In this document: piece after piece, positions 8,811 through 17,800 of the stretch | Layout: each line of letters starts with the position of its first letter | How positions within the stretch are numbered: the first letter of the stretch is position 1 | Assembly: GCA_003650815.1 (NCBI GenBank) | Contig: QMSB01000001.1 | Location: 13,374-77,373 of the forward strand | Reading direction: 5' to 3' | Length of the DNA stretch: 64,000 nt | From: Thermoprotei archaeon | GTDB lineage: Archaea > Thermoproteota > Thermoprotei > Thermofilales > B15-G2 | The notes under the pieces: model-generated | Told to the model about the DNA's origin: nothing | The model's database searches: none | What the model saw: the letters and a program-made list of their open reading frames with translations, nothing else | Made by a program: the position numbers and the translations under genes

Positions 8811-11800
8811 CAATATCCCTACCGCTAATAGTTAAAATTTCATCAAACAGCTCCCTCAGCACACTCTGGTAATCTTTTTCACCTCTCTCAATAAGATCCA
8901 TAAGCTTCTCTAACTTACGTGTCCTCTCCTCTGATACAAGCTTTCCATAGTTTTCAGTGAGATAGTCGTAAACTTCTCTCCCAAGCTTAGTTATTATCAA
9001 GTAGCCTTTCCTCATAGACTTAACATACTTCCTCTCCACAAGTGTCTGAACGATCTTCGCGTAAGTCGAAGGTCTTCCTATGCCCCTCTCCTTCATTAAC
9101 CGCACTACATCACCTTGAGTATACAGCGGTACTAAGTACCTAGAGTACGCCTTCAAGTCGACGACAGAGTACTCTCCACTAGCCAGCCTCTCCTCTGGGT
9201 AAAGCGGAAGCACTTCAGTAAAGCCAGAGTACTTTATGTCGATTACTCTCTCAATCTCTCTTTCCGCTCCCGCAAAGAGTACTTTCGCTTTCTGCTTGAC
9301 TACTCGAGCAGGCTTCATCTGGCTGGCGATAAATCTCCTGAAAATCAAGTTATAGAGAGCTAAATGTCTCCTAGTTATCCTAATAGGAGTAAATATGGCT
9401 TCTTCAGCGAGAAGCTCTCTCACCCTCTCTGCGTCAAGAGGACGTGTAGGTCTTATACACTCATGTGCTCCAGCCTTACCCCAAGTCCTCGGCTGGTATA
9501 GTTCTTCGCCTTTTTCTCCAAAAGCTTCAAGGAGATACTCTCTCGCAATCGCCTGCCCTACAGCCGATACTCTAGTACTATCTGTTCTATGGTAAGTTAT
9601 GAGACCACTCTCGAAAAGCTCCTGTGCGAGCTGCATCGTTAAAGGAGCAGTAAACCCAAGCTGTCTTGAAGCCTCTGTTATCAAAGAGTCTGTTGTAAAT
9701 GGAGGCGGTGGAGGGATTTCAACTTCCCTTAAGTCTACTTCCTCAACTTTAGCCTTCTGATGCTTAAGTTCCTCAGGCTCCTCTACCGACAGCTCGTCCT
9801 TCGTGAACTCAAGTCTAAGCCCGTTACTAAAAGTTACAGCAAAAACTCTCCTATAGCTCTTATTATGCTCCTCTGTTCTTTCCTTAATCCAGCCTAAAAC
9901 AGGAGTCTGGACTCTGCCTGCAGAGAGCCACTTAAGCTTAAAGTACTCCCAAAGCTTAGGGCTGAGCTCATATCCTATCCACCTATCTTCTATCCTTCTG
10001 ACGAGCTGAGCTCTAACCAAGTATATGTCGAGGTCTCTCGGATTCTTAATAGCTTCCTCAATAGCCCTACGTGTTACCTCGTGAAACTCTATTCTCTTCA
10101 CAACTTTAGCGTACGGCGCAAGCACTGCCGAGAGATCCCACGCTATCTTCTCACCCTCAGTATCAGGATCTGTTCCAATAAGCACTAAGTCTACTTCACG
10201 CGCAATATCTCTGAGAATATTAACTATCGCTATCTTATCTAAAGCCTCACCTCCACAGTGAGGACAGCACGCATCCTTCCTCGGATCAACAAATTGAAAG
10301 CCGCACTTAGAGCACCTCTTAAGTGTAGCGTAGTAGGGATAGAAGAACCTCTCACCATTCTTCTCCTCTATTAAAACCCCGTGGAAGTGAAATCTATCCC
10401 CAAGAACAGACTCAGGTACTGTAGGAAGATCAAATATATGACCCATAGAGGAGGCTATCATCAAAGTCCAGGAACCAGTAGAAACCTCATACACCTTCAG
10501 CCCCTTATATACCCTAGCCGAGGGCCTTCCAAAGAAGTTCGCTATAGTCTTAGCCTTAGTAGGAGACTCAACTACAACTAGCGCAGTCTTCGAGAGATCC
10601 TTAAGCTCCCCCCTTATCTTCCCCTCTCTGATCAACCTCACCTGAAGGCGGTCACGGTCTATCTCCTCTATCAGCTTCTTCACATCTATTTCATCTAAAG
10701 GAGTCCACGTAGTCTCAGCAACCCACTTACTCCTCCTAATCAATCCATTAAGCAGAGGCTTGTAGTCAACTACAACTATAGAGGCTCCTTTGGTTAGTCC
10801 TCTAACGAAGAGCCTCGAAGTCCTACCACTAGCCTGCAGATAAGTCATTATATCAGGTATCAGCACATAGCGTCTACCAGACTCCTCAATAAAGACCACT
10901 TCTCCGCTTTCCTTCAACCTCTTAACTACATCTGGCCTCGTGAGAAGAGACTTCGTATACTCAAGTGCTTTAACAAACTCTCTCTCAAGATACGTCTCAG
11001 CAGGCTTCTCACCAGATAGAACCTTCTGAAGCTGCATTATCGCCGCAACACTGCTTGTCTGAAGCCTTCTCCTCAATCTAGCTAACAGCGCCTCTACTTT
11101 CCTCTTCTCCTCCTCCTCTACAGCATCCCTCAGATAAGCGAGCAGTCTAAGAACCCCTATAGCTGAGATTTCCTCAAGCATAGAACTGAACTTAAACCTA
11201 GGTACACCCGCGAAAACAGCATATCTCACGACCTCAGGTAAGTCAAGCCCCCTAACCAGTATACCGTAGTACGTAGCTACACCAACCAAGACGTCTACTT
11301 CTCCCTTAGCGAACTTCTCTAACGCTCCCTTCGCCTTAGCGTGAGCAGCCGCCGCATTAACACCGTTCTCAACAAGATAATTCGCAAGCTCCTCAGCATA
11401 CTCAATACCCTTATCTACAGGAACATAAATTATACCGCCCTTACCAAAGAGACGAACTATCTCAAGAACCTTCTCCTCTAAAGAGTTCTCAGGGATAACG
11501 TATATGTCCTGTATATTTCTTAGAGTTTCAGACCTACTACCTATGTCAAAGGAGAGAAGTTCTCTAAACAGCTTTACTCTCAGACCCCTAGGCCTACCCG
11601 TAGCTGTAGAGACTACCAGCACTCCCTTAACCTGCTTCCTCTCCCTCTCTATTGTCTGCTCAAGCTCCGCGATCTTCTTAGCAGTATCCTCTATCTCCTC
11701 CCTATTCCTCGAAGTAGCATAAAGCCTCGCCAACCTTATTTTCAGCCTAACAACCTCCATAGCAGACCTTACAGTCTCCTCACTAAATCCAAGCAACATT

Positions 11801-12498
11801 AATACACGGTCAACATTCTTAGAGCTCTTTATAATAGAGTCCACGTCATCTGCAAAAATAAATGAAAAAACCTTGTCTTTAATTAAATCAAATCTAGAAG
11901 ACACAAACTTAGACGTGACTATCAAGACATCGAAGTCACCCTCCTGAATCCTCGAAGCCATCTCCTTTTTCTTAGACGGAGAAAGAGCCCCATAAAAAGC
12001 TATAACCCTTATACCCAGCTTCTCAGCAAAAGGCTGTATCCTCTCATAAACCTGCTTAACAAGAGGAACTGTAGGCTCAATAATCAAGCATTTCCCGCCC
12101 TTAGACGCAATGTACGCTGACATAATTATACCAAACACTGTTTTACCAACACCCGTCGGAGCCAGCGCAGTGAAACTCTTCCCTAACAGTACTCTCTTAA
12201 CCCAAGTCCTCTGTATACTCCAAAGATGACTTCCCGTAACCTCGTTAAATATCTTGTCTACCTCCTTAAGCTTCTCCTCTACTTCAACTATCTCCCTATA
12301 ATCTTTAAGATTACCTATTTTCTTAAGCAACTTATAAACAGTGTTCTTTATCTTCACAGAGCTCTTAGACGCCACTTCCTCCATACTTATAGGTAAGCAT
12401 ACCTCGCAGGGCAAAGAGTAAAGCAATCTCTCGTCTTTAATCTCTCCCCCACAGTTAGGGCAAAGATTCGCATACACTGTGTGAAAAAGCTTTCCCAT
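8782..12498 (-). CDS. rgy: Reverse gyrase
   Basis: N-terminal zinc finger (CPNCGGE...CEVC). Helicase-like module (APTGVGKT Walker A, DDVD). Topoisomerase IA module (Toprim VVVESPTKAKTI, second zinc finger CSKCG...CPHCGG, active-site ITYHRTDS). I place the start at the internal ATG (MGKLFHTVYANLCPNCGG, 1238 aa) because TTTTTTAATAA sits about 35 nt upstream of it. The ORF track extends to 12558. Confidence 0.95.
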   Translation of the reverse strand: MGKLFHTVYANLCPNCGGEIKDERLLYSLPCEVCLPISMEEVASKSSVKIKNTVYKLLKKIGNLKDYREIVEVEEKLKEVDKIFNEVTGSHLWSIQRTWVKRVLLGKSFTALAPTGVGKTVFGIIMSAYIASKGGKCLIIEPTVPLVKQVYERIQPFAEKLGIRVIAFYGALSPSKKKEMASRIQEGDFDVLIVTSKFVSSRFDLIKDKVFSFIFADDVDSIIKSSKNVDRVLMLLGFSEETVRSAMEVVRLKIRLARLYATSRNREEIEDTAKKIAELEQTIERERKQVKGVLVVSTATGRPRGLRVKLFRELLSFDIGSRSETLRNIQDIYVIPENSLEEKVLEIVRLFGKGGIIYVPVDKGIEYAEELANYLVENGVNAAAAHAKAKGALEKFAKGEVDVLVGVATYYGILVRGLDLPEVVRYAVFAGVPRFKFSSMLEEISAIGVLRLLAYLRDAVEEEEKRKVEALLARLRRRLQTSSVAAIMQLQKVLSGEKPAETYLEREFVKALEYTKSLLTRPDVVKRLKESGEVVFIEESGRRYVLIPDIMTYLQASGRTSRLFVRGLTKGASIVVVDYKPLLNGLIRRSKWVAETTWTPLDEIDVKKLIEEIDRDRLQVRLIREGKIRGELKDLSKTALVVVESPTKAKTIANFFGRPSARVYKGLKVYEVSTGSWTLMIASSMGHIFDLPTVPESVLGDRFHFHGVLIEEKNGERFFYPYYATLKRCSKCGFQFVDPRKDACCPHCGGEALDKIAIVNILRDIAREVDLVLIGTDPDTEGEKIAWDLSAVLAPYAKVVKRIEFHEVTRRAIEEAIKNPRDLDIYLVRAQLVRRIEDRWIGYELSPKLWEYFKLKWLSAGRVQTPVLGWIKERTEEHNKSYRRVFAVTFSNGLRLEFTKDELSVEEPEELKHQKAKVEEVDLREVEIPPPPPFTTDSLITEASRQLGFTAPLTMQLAQELFESGLITYHRTDSTRVSAVGQAIAREYLLEAFGEKGEELYQPRTWGKAGAHECIRPTRPLDAERVRELLAEEAIFTPIRITRRHLALYNLIFRRFIASQMKPARVVKQKAKVLFAGAEREIERVIDIKYSGFTEVLPLYPEERLASGEYSVVDLKAYSRYLVPLYTQGDVVRLMKERGIGRPSTYAKIVQTLVERKYVKSMRKGYLIITKLGREVYDYLTENYGKLVSEERTRKLEKLMDLIERGEKDYQSVLRELFDEILTISGRDIVKEHKVGEC

Positions 12499-12732
12499 AC
12501 AGCTCAAAGGGTCTACGGTCAAGCTTATTAAAAAATCTTTTGCAATATAAGCGACCATATATAGCCCTTCAAGTACCTAATAACCAGAACTAATCCGCAG
12601 ACCATCAAATAAAAGGTTACATATGTAACAGCCACTCAGTAACCGTAATCAAAAGAGAACAGCGAGTACACACATTTACCACAACAACTCTGGCGCCGAA
12701 GTGGCGGAAGAGTATTTAAGGTTTTCGTAAAC

Positions 12733-12748
12733 CCTTATAAAATTTTTT
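12733..12748 (+). promoter_or_regulatory. TATA-like box for the first OPT-like gene
   Basis: CTTATAAAATTTTTT is centred about 25 nt upstream of the GTG at 12764, which suggests a leaderless transcript. Confidence 0.4.
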
Positions 12749-12763
12749 CATGTAGGTAAAAAT

Positions 12764-14725
12764 GTGAGCTCGGAAGAAAGGAAAGTTGAATATGCAAAAG
12801 GACTAACCCCCCTCGCTCTCGGCCTCGGCATAATTTTAGTAATAATTGGAACATACATAAACACCATGTGCTGGCTAGGAGCTGGCGTTACACTAGAACC
12901 ATGGTTCGCTGGACGAATCGGCTCACCCATATACCCACCATTCGCCCTCGCCTTCCTGTTAGCAATCCTAGCATACCTAATGAAAGGAAAGCTCTCACCA
13001 CAAGAAATAGCAGTAGTAACAATAATGGTCTTCCTCACAATGGACGCTCCCTTCGTAATAATGACCTTCCTCGAAATACCTGTTGGCGCCACCTACCAAG
13101 CACTAAAGAAACCACAAATCAAAGAACTATGGGACCTAATGCCAGACTACTGGACACCTAGAGACCCAAGCCTAGTAGAGCCACTATACGTCGGAGGAGC
13201 AGTAAACTGGGGCGCACTAACACCCTACATAGGACTAGCAATATTCCTCCTCCTAATATACCTCCTCCTAGTATTCTTCCTCACAACCGTCATCAGAGAA
13301 TACCACATCAAAGTAGAGAAACTACCATTCCCGAACATCCTACCAGTAGTTGAAGTAGTTAAATACGGCGTAGTAGAAAAAACACTCTTCCAAATAGGCA
13401 AAATGATACCATTCTACATAGGCTTCATTATAGGCCTAATAGTCGCTGGCATATCAGTAATGAACTACATCGCACCAGTATTCCCAGTATTCTTCGCCTG
13501 GGGCCAGTACTACCTAGGACCAACCCTAGGCAGATTCCTCAAGAGCGTCTGCCCCTCGATCAGAGGATGGTGGATGTTTATTCCCGCGGACGTCGCTGTA
13601 TTCTACTTAGCTCCTCTTGATGTACTGTTTACAGGAACTGTATGGACCTTCTTGGGCGCCATATTACTGCCAATAATATTCGTCTCAGCTGGTGTTGTTC
13701 CAGCAGGCAAGAACGTTGGATTTAGTGGACCATTCCAGTGGGCTAGGATGGCTAGATTCTATGTGCCAATAGCTGTAGGTATCTTCGCCGTACTATTCGG
13801 TTTAAGAACATACATAACAAGCCTGAGGAAAGCTATTAAGGGCGAGAAACCTGAAGAAGGAGAGCTGCATCCTCTGCTAGTATGGGGAGGCTTCATCGCG
13901 TTGTTCATAATATACTTAGCTGTGTGGAGTGCTATAGGAGCTCCAGCAGTAGTAGCTTTTGTAGCACTACTGGTATGGGTGATTGACAGCATTGGTTCAG
14001 CAAAGATCGTAGGTGAGTCTGGTACATGGCCAAGCCTCGGCGGAAGCTATGTTAACATGCAGGCTATTGCCTACCAGACTGGTATGGCTTTAGGAGTATA
14101 TCCAAGCAACCCGTATAAGTCTACAAGTAGCTGGGCTCTAGGAGCAATGGTTGCTTACACTCTACCAGGCTATGCTTACCAGTCTCCTGCAACTGTCTGG
14201 GGCTGCTTAACAGGCTATGCTCTAGCAGAGCACCTTAAGGTGAGGACTAAAGATATATTCATTGCAATGCTTGTAGCCTTCCTTGTGATGGCTTTCATTG
14301 GTCCATGGGAAGTACTAGGCTATGTCAGTAAAGCTGGTATAAACAACCTGAGGCTAGCATGGGGCATGGGTGACGCTAGATTCATCAGAATGAAGCAAGT
14401 ACCTTATGTACTTAAGTCAGGCTACATAATATCGGCTGAGCACGCCACATTCTTCATTACAGCGATAATACTTGTCGGTATACTGTGGTTCCTTAGAATG
14501 AAGTTCCCATGGTTCATACTAAACCCAGTGGGCCTATTCTTCTACGACGGAATGTGGCTGCTCAACGTAGGCACTGCTTTCATACTCAAGATAATAACTA
14601 TCAAGATCTTTGGAGCTAAGGCTTACGAGAGAGTAGGGGTGCCATTAGCAGTAGGATTCCTCATAGGACTAGGACTAGGAGCATTCCTCGGAATGACCGC
14701 ATACACGTTTATTAAGGCTCCATAG
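12764..14725 (+). CDS. Polytopic membrane protein, possibly OPT-superfamily-like (module A, partner 1)
   Basis: 653 aa with many hydrophobic segments. The N-terminus (KGLTPLALGLGIILVIIGTYINTMCWLGAGVT) resembles OPT N-termini, and VEKLPFPN resembles the OPT LPFPSG motif. It is paralogous by eye to 19359-21275, 36492-38333 and 38315-40300. Confidence 0.8.
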   Translation: MSSEERKVEYAKGLTPLALGLGIILVIIGTYINTMCWLGAGVTLEPWFAGRIGSPIYPPFALAFLLAILAYLMKGKLSPQEIAVVTIMVFLTMDAPFVIMTFLEIPVGATYQALKKPQIKELWDLMPDYWTPRDPSLVEPLYVGGAVNWGALTPYIGLAIFLLLIYLLLVFFLTTVIREYHIKVEKLPFPNILPVVEVVKYGVVEKTLFQIGKMIPFYIGFIIGLIVAGISVMNYIAPVFPVFFAWGQYYLGPTLGRFLKSVCPSIRGWWMFIPADVAVFYLAPLDVLFTGTVWTFLGAILLPIIFVSAGVVPAGKNVGFSGPFQWARMARFYVPIAVGIFAVLFGLRTYITSLRKAIKGEKPEEGELHPLLVWGGFIALFIIYLAVWSAIGAPAVVAFVALLVWVIDSIGSAKIVGESGTWPSLGGSYVNMQAIAYQTGMALGVYPSNPYKSTSSWALGAMVAYTLPGYAYQSPATVWGCLTGYALAEHLKVRTKDIFIAMLVAFLVMAFIGPWEVLGYVSKAGINNLRLAWGMGDARFIRMKQVPYVLKSGYIISAEHATFFITAIILVGILWFLRMKFPWFILNPVGLFFYDGMWLLNVGTAFILKIITIKIFGAKAYERVGVPLAVGFLIGLGLGAFLGMTAYTFIKAP

Positions 14726-14744
14726 AATAGTTAAGTATAATATT

Positions 14745-14759
14745 CTTTTTAATTTTTTA
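14745..14759 (+). terminator. Oligo-T tracts after 12764-14725
   Basis: TTTTTAATTTTTT lies about 20 nt after the stop codon. Confidence 0.3.
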
Positions 14760-14886
14760 TGAACTACTTATGGATTGTTTTCAGAGAACTTTATGTTTTC
14801 AGAGGAGTGGTATTTTATTAAGCAGAGAAATTTTTCTTTGGAAGTAATATTTATATAAGGTTACGGAAGGGTATTTTGGTGTCGTT

Positions 14887-17800
14887 GTGTCTCGAAGGTG
14901 TTTAGCTGTATTTGTACTACTACTGATGATCAGTGCTCCGTTGTTCGTAAGTGTTGCGGCAGAGAATCAGGAAAGTCTAGTGGATATGAGTAGGGTAGTT
15001 AAGCACTTGAAGTTTTTCGCCAGTCTTAAGTCAAGGTTCGTGGGTACTGAGGGCTACTATAAGGCGGCTAGTTATATTGAGAGGTATTTTCGTGAAGAGC
15101 TGGGGCTGGAGGTTAAGAGACATGAATTTAGAGTGCTGGTTCCTTTAGAAGATAAAACTACTATAAGTGTGGGAGGAAGCGAGTATTCTTTGTATGCTAT
15201 TTATCCTAACTTAGTGGCTCCGTCGAAGGCGCCTCCAGAGGGTATCAGGGGGAGGCTTGTTTATGCTGGTAAGGGTACGTTGAGGGAGTTTAGTGGGATT
15301 GACGTAGAGGGAGCTATAGTTCTCTTAGATATTGATGGGTGTGAGAAGTGGGTTAATGCTATGAAGCTTGGTGCTAAGGCTGTTATTGTTCTAGGTAACA
15401 GGGAGGTTGATAGACTGCACTTGGAGAGTAGCTTGACTATTGCTGCGCCTGTTCTGTTTCCTAGGTTTTATGCTGAGGGGGAGGTTGCGTTAGAGCTTTT
15501 GAAGAAGGCTAGGGAGGGAGCTGAGGCTGTGATATATGGGGGACATGTGTGGAGAGAGGTTACTGGAGTGAACTTAGTGGCTGTTGTTAAGGGTGAGAAG
15601 TATCCAGGTAAAGTGGTTTATGTGCTGGCACACTATGATTCATTCTCGTATGTTCCGTCGCTAGCCCCTGGTGCGGACGAGGCGTGTGGGATTTCTCTTC
15701 TTTTAGAGCTGGCTAGGGTTCTTAAGGAAGAAGGGCCTGCTATGACAGTGTATTTTGTCGCTGTGGGGAGTCGCTGGCAGGGGCTGGCTGGAGCGAGGTA
15801 CTTTGTTGAAGACTACTTGTTTAGTGAAGATATTGGCACTAAGGTGTACCCCTACTTGGCTATTGGAATAGATATTTCTACTGGGACAAATAAGGTGAGT
15901 TTTGCTGTAACTGGTTACATGTATGCTATGGCGCACTCTACTCTCTACGATAAGTTGTTGTCGCAGATGTTCCTGTTCTCGAGGAAGGTTGTGAAGGAGT
16001 TTAGTCGAGAGTATAGTAGTGTTTACAGTAGGATAGAGAGCCGTGAGCTGAAGGATGTTGTTGGACTTACTCTCGGTAGCTGGAGTGCGGGCTACGTAAT
16101 GCCTTATGTCTTAGATACGGAGCCGTTTAATGTTGCTGGCTTGCCTGCGTTTAGCTTCATTACATTATTTGATATCAGGGGGTTCTGGCTTACTCCGTTC
16201 GATACTTTAGAGAAAGTGAATTTAGAGAATTTAAGGGATCAGAGCGAGTTTATTGCTTACTACTTGCGTAAGCTGCTTGTAGAGGGTTCTCCGCAGGACA
16301 TATACAGGGGTTCTTGGAAGGACTTAAAGCCTATGAGGAAGAAGGAGGGTGTTGCTGGTGCTTACTTTGGCTACGATAGACTAGTGGTAGAAGTTGTGAA
16401 ATATGATCCTACAACTCCTAGGCTCTATAGACCAGTGCCTGGCGCTATTGTTGTGGTTCATAAGGTGACTGGCTGGTACTCTAAACCAGCTGCTTACAAT
16501 AAGTATAATATGTTTGCTTGGATATTGGCTAAAGCCAATGAGAGTGGAGTAGCTTTTATTGTGGGTGTTCCTTGGGAGCAGGCTGGCTGTGGAGATACTT
16601 ATGTTGAGGCGTACAAGGTGGACGAAGATACTGGTAGAATAGTTTTTGCTCCTGATGAAGGAAGTTACGGTGCGGGTACTTACCCTCATACAGTGATGGT
16701 TAAGGGTGATCTTCAGAGGAGTAGGACTGTGATCTTTGAGTGTGCTACGATGGTTGTGCCTGATATCTATTATCCGTATTCTCTTCAGAAGAACATTTAC
16801 TTGACGCCGTTTAAGGCGCCGACTAACCCTATTCCCTACGCGTCTTATGATACTAAGGTTTCAGTTGATGTTTTGAGAGCAGAGGCTTTTAATCCTCTGA
16901 TGTCCTATGGCTGGGCTTATGATCCGCTGACATCTACGCTTATCTTGTTTGTTCCACCGGAGACTAGTTTTGTCGCTGTAGTTAAGTTTATGGGGCAGGC
17001 GTTTATCGGCGCGATAATATGTAACTCGACGAGAGAAGAGCCTCTAGGGGAAGGGTTTACTTTACGTGAAGTAGGTGAAGTGCGTGTTCTCAGTATGTCT
17101 CCTGTTGTTTTTGCGAGGGAGCTCACGTCTATAACTGAGCCTAGGTATAGGATAGCTTATGCTTTTAAGATTCTTGATCCAGCGCTTATCGACTACTATA
17201 CTCTGGCTAGGGAGTTTATAGAGGAGAGTGGGAGATATATTGAGGCTAAAGACTACACGAGGGCTTACTACAAGTCTATACTGGCATGGTGTTATTCACT
17301 TAAGGCTTACGAGAGGTCTAGGGACGTATACTTAGACTCTGCTTTCAGCATTACTTTCGCTTTGCTGATAATACTGCCGTCGATAGTGCTTATCGAGAAG
17401 CTTCTAGGTAGACTCAGGGGCTTCAGTAGGTTGACGATACTAGTGTCGGTGGGCGTAGTTTTCTTCGTAATACTCTGGATGCTTCACCCAGGTTTCAGTA
17501 TTATTGGGAGTACTCCAGCTCTAGTTACAGGAACTATAGTGCTGGTCTTAGTCGCGCCTGTCTTAGTGCTTGTGATTTCGCAGGCTTCTTTCGGTGTCAG
17601 TGAGATAAGGAAGACTCAGATAGGTTTACACTTCCTAGAGCGCTCTAGGCTGGAGATGATTGTTTCAGCTCTGGGTATTGGAGTAGAGCATATGAGGAGG
17701 AGGAAGCTGAGGACTTCGCTGACTTTATTCACGGTAATAGTGGTGACTTTCTCGCTTGTTTCACTGACTTCGGTCACTCCGCTCGTGATAGTGAAGCCTA

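Noticed and set aside
12499-12558. N-terminal extensions in the ORF track (rgy 12499-12558; also 21338-21373, 24559-24639, 46633-46653, 52569-52619, 56126-56158, 59840-59914)
   Set aside because: Downstream starts fit family N-termini, promoter/TATA spacing or stop-start overlaps better. The extensions would overlap neighbouring genes or begin at rare TTG codons.
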